Part shown: in pieces, positions 8,644 to 17,691 of the stretch | How positions within the stretch are numbered: position 1 is the first letter of the stretch | Layout of the letters: each line of letters begins with the position of its first letter | DNA from: an uncultured Clostridia bacterium | GTDB taxonomy: Bacteria > Bacillota > Clostridia > Oscillospirales > Ruminococcaceae | DNA: 64,000 nucleotides | Assembly: GCA_947629335.1 (NCBI GenBank) | Contig: CANRDI010000010.1 | Span: 693 to 64,692 of the forward strand | Direction: 5' to 3' | Position numbers and translations under genes: made by a program | The notes under the pieces: model-generated | Databases searched by the model: none | Seen by the model: the letters and a program-made list of their open reading frames with translations, nothing else | What the model was told of the DNA's origin: nothing

Positions 8644-9282
8644 CGGCTGTTTGTGCAATAGTTGAGGGGAAAACTTAAATAACGCATAGACGACAGTACA
8701 AAAGTTTTTAAAAGGGAGGTTTGGAGGGGAAACTTTTTTCAAAAAGTTTCCCCTCCAATGTCACCGCTTCGCTTGATAGTTGAGGGGAAAACTTTTTTGA
8801 AAAAAAGTTTTCCCCTCAAACTCCCCTTTCAAAAAACTTATGTGCCGCGCCTTACGGCGCGGTCGGATAGCCATTCGGTTTTTTCTCTGCCGCGCAAGCG
8901 GCAGTACAAAAGTTTTTAAAAGGGTGGTTTGGAGGGGAAACTTTTTTCAAAAAGTTTCCCCTCCAATTTCGGCAGTTTGTGCAATAGTTGAGGGGAAAAC
9001 TTTTTTGTAAAAAAGTTTTTCCCTCAAACTCCCCTTTCAAAAAACTTATGTGCCACACCTTGCGGCGCGGTCGGATAGCCCTTCGGTTTTTCCTCTGTCG
9101 CACAAGCGGCAGTACAAAAGTTTTTAAAAGGAAGGTTTGGAGGGAAAACTTTTTTCAAAAAGTTTCCCCTCCAATTTCGGCAGTTTGTGCAATAGTTGAG
9201 GGGAAAACTTTTTTGAAAAAAAGTTTTCCCCTCAAACTCCCCTTTCAAAAAACTTATGTGCCGCACCTTGCGGCGCTGTTCG
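8644..9282. repeat. Tandem array of about three 208-bp REPIN-like palindromic units
   Basis: CAGTACAAAAGTTTTTAAAAGG recurs at 8694, 8902 and 9110 (208-bp period). Each unit holds two GGGGAAA(A)CTTTT..AAAAGTTT(T)CCCC hairpins plus a GC-rich hairpin. Confidence 0.92.
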
Positions 9283-9284
9283 CC

Positions 9285-10226
9285 TCACGTTTTAGCATAA
9301 TTATCGGCATTATCAATATGAATATCAAGTTGTCTGTAAGGTATCTCAATGTCGTTTTCAATAAACGCTTTCCTTATCTGCTCGGTAAGATCGAAATAAA
9401 CTGTCCAATAATCGCCCGTTTTGCACCAAGAACGCGCGGTTATAACTATCGCGCTCTCGCCGTGCTTTTCCATTCTTACGTCAATCGGCAGCGATTTGTC
9501 AACAAGTTTATGAGCCTTTATAACATCAGTTATGACTTTTTGTGCCTTGTCAAAATCGGTATCGTAGGAAATTGAAAGCGAAAGATCAACGCGGCGAGTG
9601 TCGTTTCCGGAATTGTTTATTATAGTAGCATTTACCGCAAGACCGTTCGGAACAAATATCGCCTGATTAGTAACGCTGTCGAGGCGGGTATGGAGAATGG
9701 AAATCTGCGAAACAACTCCCTCAACGCCGTTTGTAACGATATAATCGCCTATCTTAAAGGGCTTTGTTATCATAAGCAGAAATCCGCCCGCAACATTTGA
9801 CAGCGAATTTTGAAGCGCAAGACCTATTGCAACTCCCGCCGTACCTATGACGGTAATTATAGATGTCGAGGGAATGCCGAGAATACTCAGCACCACCGTA
9901 AGTACAAGCACATAAAGCACAATCTTTACAATCTGGGTCGTGAATTTTACAACCGTAACTTCAAGTTTTGTCTTTGAAAGCCCCTTTGACATCAGCTTTA
10001 CCGCGAGCTTTGAAAGAATAAGACCTACTATAAGAACTACTATCGCAAGGATAATCGACGGTATAGCGTTTAAGAAATTCTGCCAAAGAGTGCCGAAAAA
10101 TTCTCCTATATTCCCGATAGCGGCTTCGGGCTCATTTACCAGATCCTGAACAGCGTCGTTCAGGGTAGGCTCGGAATTTACTTCCGAATCAGCCGCTTCG
10201 CTCAGAAGGTATATTAAATTGTTCAT
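9285..10226 (-). CDS. mscS: Small-conductance mechanosensitive channel (MscS family)
   Basis: IGLALQNSLSNVAGG...KPFKIGDYI, T.L......IFVPN and RRVDL..SISY motifs. Start MNNLIY at 10226. Confidence 0.9.
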   Translation of the reverse strand: MNNLIYLLSEAADSEVNSEPTLNDAVQDLVNEPEAAIGNIGEFFGTLWQNFLNAIPSIILAIVVLIVGLILSKLAVKLMSKGLSKTKLEVTVVKFTTQIVKIVLYVLVLTVVLSILGIPSTSIITVIGTAGVAIGLALQNSLSNVAGGFLLMITKPFKIGDYIVTNGVEGVVSQISILHTRLDSVTNQAIFVPNGLAVNATIINNSGNDTRRVDLSLSISYDTDFDKAQKVITDVIKAHKLVDKSLPIDVRMEKHGESAIVITARSWCKTGDYWTVYFDLTEQIRKAFIENDIEIPYRQLDIHIDNADNYAKT

Positions 10227-10227
10227 T

Positions 10228-10674
10228 TTATGACAACTCCTTTTCAAATTCCGCGCATACCGCGTCTGCGTCGGCATTTCTTATCAGCACCGAGATCTCG
10301 TCAACGCCCGTTGTTATCATCAAAATCATCGCCGAAAGCTTGTTTAATATCTCAAAGACCTTTGCCGCATAGCCGACATTGTTTGTCATTTCTCCTGTTT
10401 TTATGACAATCTTGCGGTTTGAGCTGTTTATCATCGGCGAAACGCAGTCTTTTTCCCGAAGCTCTTTTACAACGCCGAGAAGTTTCGGTATCTCATCATC
10501 ATTTACGGTAAACCCGAAACTGAAAATTTCCGAAGTCGGCGCGGTCATTGATATCATATCGACGTTGATGCCCGCTTTTGCAACAATTTTCAGCGTGTCC
10601 TCCATGATAGTCCTGTCAAGAGGGACATTATAAAAAGATACGGCGGATACGTTTTCTGTAACTTCAAGCTTCAT
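10228..10674 (-). CDS. Stand-alone ACT-domain protein (aspartokinase beta/regulatory-subunit-like)
   Basis: AGINVDMISMT and GYAAKVFEIL......ILMITT...EISVLI; sits in the dap operon. Confidence 0.8.
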   Translation of the reverse strand: MKLEVTENVSAVSFYNVPLDRTIMEDTLKIVAKAGINVDMISMTAPTSEIFSFGFTVNDDEIPKLLGVVKELREKDCVSPMINSSNRKIVIKTGEMTNNVGYAAKVFEILNKLSAMILMITTGVDEISVLIRNADADAVCAEFEKELS

Positions 10675-10676
10675 AT

Positions 10677-11435
10677 TCAGTCCTCCTTTATCAGATCACT
10701 CATTGCATAAAGTCCTGCGGGCTTTCCGCTTAAAAATACAGCCGCATTCACAGCGCCCGCCGCGAAAACCTCGCGGCTCTGAGCCGAGTGGCTGAGAGTT
10801 ATCACCTCGTCATGTCCCGCAAATATTACGTCATGTTCTCCGACAATAGTGCCGCCGCGGACAGCGTGCATTCCTATCTCGCTTTTTTCTCTCGGCTTTC
10901 TGACCGAATGTCGGTCGTAAACAAAGTGTTTTGTGTTGTTAAGCTCTTCGTTTATTGCCTCGGCAATCATTATTGCCGTTCCGGAGGGAGCGTCCTTTTT
11001 CTGGTTGTGGTGTTTTTCGACAATTTCAATATCGAACTCGTCGCCCAATATCTGCGCGGCTTTTCTCGCAAGCTCGACAAGCAGATTTATTCCCAGCGAC
11101 ATATTAAACGTAAAGAAAACGGGAATTTCCTCCGCCGCCGAGGTTATCTTTGCGCGTTCTTCGTCGGTATATCCTGTTGTCGCAAGTACAACGGGCGTTC
11201 CGTTTATCTTACAGTATGAGAGCAGATCGTCCAAAGCCGAAGGGTGAGAAAAATCAATTATAACATCGGGCTTTTGCGTCATATCAAAAACGCTTTTATA
11301 CACGGGAAAATCATCATAGACTTCGCCGAGCTTATCTACTCCCGCGACAACAGTACAGTCCTCGCGCTCTTTACACAGGCGGGCGATAACTCTGCCCATT
11401 TTTCCGCAAGCTCCCGATATTGCAATTCCGGTCAT
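10677..11435 (-). CDS. dapB: 4-hydroxy-tetrahydrodipicolinate reductase
   Basis: GACGKMG, DVIIDFSHP, EKHHNQKKDAPSGTA and RGGTIVGEH motifs. Confidence 0.96.
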   Translation of the reverse strand: MTGIAISGACGKMGRVIARLCKEREDCTVVAGVDKLGEVYDDFPVYKSVFDMTQKPDVIIDFSHPSALDDLLSYCKINGTPVVLATTGYTDEERAKITSAAEEIPVFFTFNMSLGINLLVELARKAAQILGDEFDIEIVEKHHNQKKDAPSGTAIMIAEAINEELNNTKHFVYDRHSVRKPREKSEIGMHAVRGGTIVGEHDVIFAGHDEVITLSHSAQSREVFAAGAVNAAVFLSGKPAGLYAMSDLIKED

Positions 11436-11488
11436 ATTAAACTCCTTTTAATTTTAGGAACAATTTCAAATCGCCCCGAATATGCTGT

Positions 11489-12379
11489 TTAAACTCTGCC
11501 TGAAAGCGAAAGCCTTTCCATTTCGGCTCTGAGTTTTTCTTTCATTTCCTCGGTCATAGAGCAAAGAGGCAGTCTGCATTCGCCCGCATTAAATCCGAGA
11601 ATATTAAGCGCTTCTTTTACGGGAATGGGGTTTACGTCCATAAACATAGCCTTGTCGAGAGCGTAGAGCTTTTTTGCAATTTCAAGAGCCTCGTCTCGTT
11701 TTCCCTGAAGATAAAGCGAGATCTCATTATGCTTTTCAAGCGGCGCAACATTTGACGTTACAGAAATAAGTCCCCTTCCACCGAGCGCCATAACGCAAAG
11801 CGCCTCGTCGTCATTTCCCGAATAAATATCGAGGTCGGTCTTTGCGGCAATGCTCATAACTGCGCTCATATTTCCGCTCGCTTCTTTGACAGCCGTTATG
11901 TTTTTGTGTTTTGAAAGTTCTATATAAGTATCTGCCGCGATATTACAGCCCGTTCTCGTAGGAACATTATAGAGCATTATCGGTATGTTCACAGCGTCAG
12001 CTATTGCCGTAAAATGCTTTATAAGACCGCGCTGTGAAGCCTTGTTGTAATAAGGCGTGACCTGTAGCAGCATATCCGCGCCTGCTTTTTCAGCCTCTTT
12101 GGAAAGCTCGACCGCATATGCCGTATCGTTCGAGCCTGCGCCCGCGATAACCGGAACGCGCTTATTTACGCGCTTTATCCCGTAGCGAATGACCTCGATA
12201 TGCTCTTCGTCGGTCATTGTCGCGCTTTCGCCCGTCGTTCCGCAGATAACGAGCGCGTCGATCTTGTTTTCTATCTGATAATCAATAAGTCTGCCAAATT
12301 CCTCATAGTTTATACTTCCGTCTGCGTTCATCGGCGTAGCTATAGCGGTAGCGCAGCCCGTGAAGATAGTTTTGCTCAT
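11489..12379 (-). CDS. dapA: 4-hydroxy-tetrahydrodipicolinate synthase
   Basis: GTTGES, TPYYNK, LYNVPTRTG and VKEASG motifs. Start MSKT at 12379. Confidence 0.96.
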   Translation of the reverse strand: MSKTIFTGCATAIATPMNADGSINYEEFGRLIDYQIENKIDALVICGTTGESATMTDEEHIEVIRYGIKRVNKRVPVIAGAGSNDTAYAVELSKEAEKAGADMLLQVTPYYNKASQRGLIKHFTAIADAVNIPIMLYNVPTRTGCNIAADTYIELSKHKNITAVKEASGNMSAVMSIAAKTDLDIYSGNDDEALCVMALGGRGLISVTSNVAPLEKHNEISLYLQGKRDEALEIAKKLYALDKAMFMDVNPIPVKEALNILGFNAGECRLPLCSMTEEMKEKLRAEMERLSLSGRV

Positions 12380-12439
12380 AATATCACCTTTCTTGTATGA
12401 AAAAGCATAGACCAACAATAATACGTTTTCGGCTGTATA

Positions 12440-13522
12440 TCAGTCCAGATATCCCTTTGCCGCAAGAAGCTCAGCCATTTCAACAGCTCCTCCCGCAGCT
12501 CCTCTCAATGTATTGTGCGACAGGCAGACAAACTTATAGTCATACTGTGTATCTGGGCGCAGTCTGCCGATAGAAATTGCCATACCGTTTTCGAGATTGC
12601 GGTGGAGAGTTGTCTGGGGCATATTGTCCTCTTCAAAATAATTGAGGAACTGCTTCGGAGCAGACGGGAGTTTAAGCGCCTGAGGCTCTCCCGAATATTC
12701 CTTCCAGATTTTCTTTATCTCGTCAATAGACGGTTTGTTTTCAAATCTCACGAAAACTGCCGCAAAATGTCCGTTTGAAACGGGAACGCGCAGACACTGG
12801 GTCGTGATACAAGGCTTTTCGGCGTTTACGATAACGCCGTTTTCTACCTTTCCCCATACCTTAAGCGGCTCTTTTTCCGATTTTTCCTCTTCCCCTCCGA
12901 TAAACGGAATGATGTTGTCGATCATTTCAGGCCATGTTGCAAACGTCTTTCCCGCACCGGAAATCGCCTGATAAGTACACGCCAGAATGTCCGTTATCCC
13001 GAATTTTCTCAGCGGAGAAAGCGCGGGAACATAACTCTGTATCGAACAGTTTGACTTTACCGAGATAAATCCGCGCTTTGTGCCGAGACGCTTTCTCTGC
13101 GTCTCTATAACAGCCGCATGGTCGGCGTTTACTTCGGGAATAATCATCGGTACATCCGAAACTCCGCGGTTTGCGGAATTGTTTGACATAACGGGACATT
13201 CAGCCTTTGCATATTTTTCCTCAAGAGCCTTTATCTCGTCCTTTTTCATATTGACTGCGCAGAAAACAAAGTCAACGGACGAGGCGATCTCGTTTATATC
13301 CGCCTCTGCGTCCTTTATAACCATGTTCTCCATGCTTTTCGGCATCGGAACGTCCATAAACCAGCGCTCGCCTACCGCTTCTTTATAGGTCTTTCCCGCG
13401 GAACGCGATGAAGCCGCAAGGACTTTCACATTAAACCACGGGTGATTTTCAAGCAGTACAGCGAAACGCTGTCCCACCATTCCCGTAGCGCCGATAATGC
13501 CGACATTGTACTTTTCTTTCAT
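12440..13522 (-). CDS. asd: Aspartate-semialdehyde dehydrogenase
   Basis: GATGMVGQRF, KSNCS (catalytic Cys), QAISGAG, RVPV..GH and SHNTLRGAAGG. Start MKEK at 13522. Confidence 0.96.
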   Translation of the reverse strand: MKEKYNVGIIGATGMVGQRFAVLLENHPWFNVKVLAASSRSAGKTYKEAVGERWFMDVPMPKSMENMVIKDAEADINEIASSVDFVFCAVNMKKDEIKALEEKYAKAECPVMSNNSANRGVSDVPMIIPEVNADHAAVIETQRKRLGTKRGFISVKSNCSIQSYVPALSPLRKFGITDILACTYQAISGAGKTFATWPEMIDNIIPFIGGEEEKSEKEPLKVWGKVENGVIVNAEKPCITTQCLRVPVSNGHFAAVFVRFENKPSIDEIKKIWKEYSGEPQALKLPSAPKQFLNYFEEDNMPQTTLHRNLENGMAISIGRLRPDTQYDYKFVCLSHNTLRGAAGGAVEMAELLAAKGYLD

Positions 13523-13562
13523 AACTTGTATCCTTTCCTTTATGTAAAAAATTTTTTCAGGC

Positions 13563-13596
13563 AAAAAATTATCCGATGATATATATTATCATCGGA
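13563..13596 (-). terminator. Riboswitch expression-platform terminator
   Basis: TCCGATGAT-loop-ATCATCGGA followed by a T-run, just upstream of asd. Confidence 0.75.
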
Positions 13597-13616
13597 ACTG
13601 CTTTTAATGCTCGTAA

Positions 13617-13788
13617 AAATGATAGCACTCCATCAAGCAAGCCGATGACAGTCATACGCCTATTAAACGCACAACCGGATAACGCGCATATACGGACTGC
13701 GCGCTCCTCGGCGGTTCTGCCTTTTGCGGCGGCTTTCCGAAAAGCCTTTTTCGCCGCTACTCTTCATCACCGCGCCTCTACCTAAAGT
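13617..13788 (-). promoter_or_regulatory. Lysine riboswitch (L-box)
   Basis: GGTAGAGGCGCG..ATGAAGAGTAG..AAAGG..GCCGAG..AATA..GACTGTCA..TGGAGTGCTA; upstream of asd-dapA-dapB; promoter TTGACA-17-TAGAAT at 13791-13819. Confidence 0.9.
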
Positions 13789-13919
13789 TTATTCTACCAC
13801 ATAACATATCTTTTGTCAATAGATAATAGCAAAAAATTTCAAAAATTTATACTATCGCCGTTGACAAAATTTGTATAAAGTGTTAAAATAATTATATTAA
13901 AATAAAACGAGGTTTAATA

Positions 13920-14930
13920 ATGTTAAAAAGCGATTTTTATTATGAACTGCCAAAAGAGCTTATTGCGCAGACCCCCGCAGAACCGCGCGACAGCTCGCGG
14001 CTTATGGTAGTTTCGCGGGAAAGCGGAGAAATTACTCACGACCGCTTCTATAATATATGCAGTTATCTTAAAAAAGGCGATCTGCTTGTTATGAACGACA
14101 GCAAGGTCTTTCCCGCAAGGCTCTTCGGAACAAAGCGCGAAACGGGCGTTTTATGCGAGTTTTTGCTCTTAAAGCGCAGGAGCCTTAATGAATGGGAAAC
14201 TATGGTAAAGCCCGGACGAAGGCTTAAACCGGGGGTAATAGTGGATTTTCCCGAAGGATTGTCCGCTGAGATAACCGATACTCTTGAGGGCGGAAACAGG
14301 CTCGTTAAATTCTCGTTTGAGGGAGATTTTTTCGACATTCTTGACAGGATAGGACAGATGCCGCTGCCGCCGTACATTTACGAAAAGCTGAAAGATAAAG
14401 ACCGATATAACACGATATACTGCCGCGAAACAGGCTCGGCGGCTGCGCCTACGGCGGGGCTTCATTTCACGGAAAAAGAGCTTTCACAGGCGCGGGAAAT
14501 GGGCGTTGACGAGGCATTTGTGACGCTTCATGTAGGACTTGGTACATTCCGTCCCGTAAAAGAGGACAATATCCTCGACCATAAAATGCACACCGAGCAT
14601 TATACGATACCGCTTGAAACTGCCGAAAAAATAAAAGCCTGCAAAGAGCGCGGAGGACGAGTTATAGCCGTCGGAACGACATCTTGCAGAACGCTCGAAA
14701 GCTATGCTCAGACAGGAAAACTCATTGACGACACAAGTATTTTCATTTATCCCGGCTATGAATTTAAGTGCATAGATGGACTGATAACGAATTTTCATCT
14801 TCCCGAAAGCACGCTTATTATGCTCGTTTCGGCATTTTTGGGGCGCGAGAAAACGCTCAATGCCTATAAGACGGCGATTGAGGAAAAATACAGGTTCTTC
14901 TCGTTCGGAGACTGTACATTTATTGTGTAA
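13920..14930 (+). CDS. queA: S-adenosylmethionine:tRNA ribosyltransferase-isomerase
   Basis: [44 protein letters not shown] and YRFFSFGD; promoter TTGACA-17-TAAAAT at 13861-13889. Confidence 0.97.
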   Translation: MLKSDFYYELPKELIAQTPAEPRDSSRLMVVSRESGEITHDRFYNICSYLKKGDLLVMNDSKVFPARLFGTKRETGVLCEFLLLKRRSLNEWETMVKPGRRLKPGVIVDFPEGLSAEITDTLEGGNRLVKFSFEGDFFDILDRIGQMPLPPYIYEKLKDKDRYNTIYCRETGSAAAPTAGLHFTEKELSQAREMGVDEAFVTLHVGLGTFRPVKEDNILDHKMHTEHYTIPLETAEKIKACKERGGRVIAVGTTSCRTLESYAQTGKLIDDTSIFIYPGYEFKCIDGLITNFHLPESTLIMLVSAFLGREKTLNAYKTAIEEKYRFFSFGDCTFIV

Positions 14931-14958
14931 AAACATAACGCAAAGGTGATGAACAAAA

Positions 14959-15744
14959 ATGATAATTGACGCACACGTTCATATATACCCCGAAAAGATC
15001 GCGGACAAAGCGGTTTCGGGCATAGAAAATTTCTATAATATGCACATTGAATACGACGGCAGAGTTTCTACCCTGCTGCGCGAGGGAAAAGCCGCGGGAG
15101 TGGACAAGTTTATTGTACAAAGCGTTGCGACAGTATGGGAGCAAGTCAGGTCGATAAACAATTTTATCCACGAAAGTGTTTCGGAAAATCCCGAACTTAT
15201 CGGCTTCGGAACGCTGCACCCCGATTTCCCCGATATTCCGCAAGAGGTGGACAGGATCATTTTGCTCGGACTTAAAGGAATAAAACTGCACAGCGATTTT
15301 CAGCGCTTTGCAATAGACGACGAGCGGGCGTTTCCTATCTACGAAGCGGCGGAAGGCAGACTTCCTATACTTATGCATATGGGCGACGCAAGAAGCGATC
15401 TGTCTGCGCCCGAAAGATTGGTAAAGGTTATTGAAAAATTTCCGAAACTTACGGTCATTGGCGCGCATTTTGCGGGCTGGAGCATGTGGGACAGAGCCGA
15501 AAAAGTCCTCGCGGGAACGGGAATTTATACGGATTGTTCAAGCTCGCTCTATGCGCTTTCACCCGAAAGAACCGCCGAACTTATACGCAAATTCGGCACG
15601 GATAAGGTTTTATGGGGAACGGATTATCCCATGTGGAACTATGCGGACGAAATTGAACGATTTAACAGACTTTTGCTTACTGAAAAAGAGCGAAAGATGA
15701 TTTTGGGGGAAAATGCCGTAAGATTATTGACAAGCGGGAAATAA
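14959..15744 (+). CDS. Amidohydrolase family (amidohydro_2) metal-dependent hydrolase
   Basis: IIDAHVH, GIKLH, LMHMG, AHFAG and LWGTDYP. Confidence 0.88.
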   Translation: MIIDAHVHIYPEKIADKAVSGIENFYNMHIEYDGRVSTLLREGKAAGVDKFIVQSVATVWEQVRSINNFIHESVSENPELIGFGTLHPDFPDIPQEVDRIILLGLKGIKLHSDFQRFAIDDERAFPIYEAAEGRLPILMHMGDARSDLSAPERLVKVIEKFPKLTVIGAHFAGWSMWDRAEKVLAGTGIYTDCSSSLYALSPERTAELIRKFGTDKVLWGTDYPMWNYADEIERFNRLLLTEKERKMILGENAVRLLTSGK

Positions 15745-15815
15745 TGTGGTACAATATTGTTTGTCAGATAAATATAGCAATCTGAAAAAAGTGATTTCTT
15801 TGGAGAAACCTTATT

Positions 15816-17156
15816 ATGAAAATAAACTGGAATACTAAATATCTTACGATAGCGATATACGCGCTTATCACGATAATTCTCGGCGCGCTTGCGATAATGC
15901 TTATATTTAACTTCGACTCGGTTCTGGAAAAGCTCTCCTTTTTTACGGGAATAATCACTCCGATCATTATCGGTATCTTCTGCGCTTATCTGCTTAATCC
16001 TCTTATGACGAAGTTTGAAAACGGATTATTCAGAAAGCTCTCTCATTCCTCCGAGTCTAAGAAAAAAGGTATGGCGAGGGTCTTTTCGCTTACGCTCACC
16101 ATGATAATTATTTTAGCGTTTTTGGCGCTGATAATTATACTCGTCATTCCTCAGCTCGTCACAAACATCATTGCGATTTTCAGCAACATGGACAGCTATA
16201 TCTCAAACTTACGCGAATTTATAATGAAACTATCGGAAGATTATCCGCAGATTGCAAGTTTTTTGGGAAATCCTCTTGACGACTTTTCCGCGTTTATATC
16301 AAACCTCTGGGAACAATATTCCGAGGAATTTATGAACTTTGCGGGAAACGTTGCGGCTGGTATCTGGTCGGTCATAAATATGCTGAGCAATGTTTTTATA
16401 GGACTGGTACTTTCGATCTATCTGCTCGCAAAAAAAGAGATGTTTGTCGGTCAGACAAAAAAGCTGTTATTCGCCTTTGTTAAGGTAGAAAAAGCCCAGC
16501 GCTTTTTGGGAGTATGCAGCGAGGCTTCGGAAAAGTTTTTAGGCTCGATAATCGGAAAGATAATCGAGGCATTGATAGTGGCGATGTTGTATTTCATAGG
16601 GCTTGTATGTATGAATATGCCGTATGCGCCGCTCATTTCCGTAGTAATGTTTGTATTTAACCTTATACCGTTTATAGGTCCGACTATAGGCGCTATACCC
16701 TGCTGTCTGCTGCTTATTTTAAGCGACCACCCGATCATGGCGCTCTGGTTTTTGATATTTGTAGTCATTCTCCAAACTATCGACGGAAATATCATCTGCC
16801 CGTGGATATTGGGCGATCAAACGGGACTGCCTGCGGTCTGGATACTGGTTTCTATCATTATAGGCGGAGGATTTTTCGGCGCTATCGGAATGTTCCTCGG
16901 AGTTCCTGTATGCGCTGTCATATATATGCTCATAAAGGATTTTATAGAAAGCCGCCTGAAAAAGCGTCATCTCCCCCAAAACACCAAAAATTATATCGGA
17001 AAGGTCGATTATATCACGCCCGATTATGTCTACGAAGAACCGACCACAGCAGAACAAATGTCGTCTAAAAATGAGGGCAAAAATCCTAAGCATATATCCG
17101 TAAGTCAGAAAATCAAAGATCTTCACAAGAAAATATCTGAGAAAAACAACAAATAA
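15816..17156 (+). CDS. AI-2E family transporter
   Basis: AYLLNP, NLIPFIGP and QT.DGNII.P.ILG..TGL motifs. Confidence 0.9.
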   Translation: MKINWNTKYLTIAIYALITIILGALAIMLIFNFDSVLEKLSFFTGIITPIIIGIFCAYLLNPLMTKFENGLFRKLSHSSESKKKGMARVFSLTLTMIIILAFLALIIILVIPQLVTNIIAIFSNMDSYISNLREFIMKLSEDYPQIASFLGNPLDDFSAFISNLWEQYSEEFMNFAGNVAAGIWSVINMLSNVFIGLVLSIYLLAKKEMFVGQTKKLLFAFVKVEKAQRFLGVCSEASEKFLGSIIGKIIEALIVAMLYFIGLVCMNMPYAPLISVVMFVFNLIPFIGPTIGAIPCCLLLILSDHPIMALWFLIFVVILQTIDGNIICPWILGDQTGLPAVWILVSIIIGGGFFGAIGMFLGVPVCAVIYMLIKDFIESRLKKRHLPQNTKNYIGKVDYITPDYVYEEPTTAEQMSSKNEGKNPKHISVSQKIKDLHKKISEKNNK

Positions 17157-17388
17157 AAAGCGTCGGCTTTATACATTTAGCAGTTATACGGCGGACAGTA
17201 TCTGTTCTTTCAAAAGCTTTCCACCTGCATTTTGCACTTTTGGATAATAAAAAAACTTTGAGGAGACCCCGAACCGAGGTCTCCTCAGTTGTATCGGAGA
17301 AAAGCAACGGCTTTTCTCCAAAATTTTTCGAAAATTTCAATACTTGTCAGACTATAGCACAAATACCTTATCTCCGACGCACAGCGTT

Positions 17389-17667
17389 TTATGCAAAAAT
17401 CGCTTCCGTAAGCCACACATAAGCTGCGTCGAGCGCCTCGTAAAAGCCGATAAAATCACCTTTGCGCGCTTTGGTTATATCAGCTTCCGGCGACTGAGGC
17501 ACGAGCTGTACCATTATTTTATCGGGAACATCAAGATCAGCTATCTTCTTCGTTTCCTTTATTACCAGTCTCGCCGCAAATGCGTCCCCGCCGCTTCCGT
17601 AATAGATCGTACTGCCGCTTCGTATAAGCGGAAATCCTCTGTAATACATAAGTTTGTTTTCTGCCAT
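17389..17667 (-). CDS. Hypothetical protein (92 aa), last gene of the Gld-like ABC operon
   Basis: AGGAGG RBS; co-oriented, 24 bp after the DUF4340-like gene. Confidence 0.7.
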   Translation of the reverse strand: MAENKLMYYRGFPLIRSGSTIYYGSGGDAFAARLVIKETKKIADLDVPDKIMVQLVPQSPEADITKARKGDFIGFYEALDAAYVWLTEAIFA

Positions 17668-17691
17668 AATTTATTACCTCCTGAAAATAAT

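Noticed and set aside
8644-9282. CRISPR array
   Set aside because: The period is 208 bp, the whole unit is repeated with no unique spacers, and no cas genes are present.
8852-9575. ORFs 8852-9103, 8988-9575, 9024-9266 (also 7515-7760, 38319-38657, 42763-43199)
   Set aside because: They are translations of the palindromic repeats or antisense to real genes, with no RBS or family motifs.
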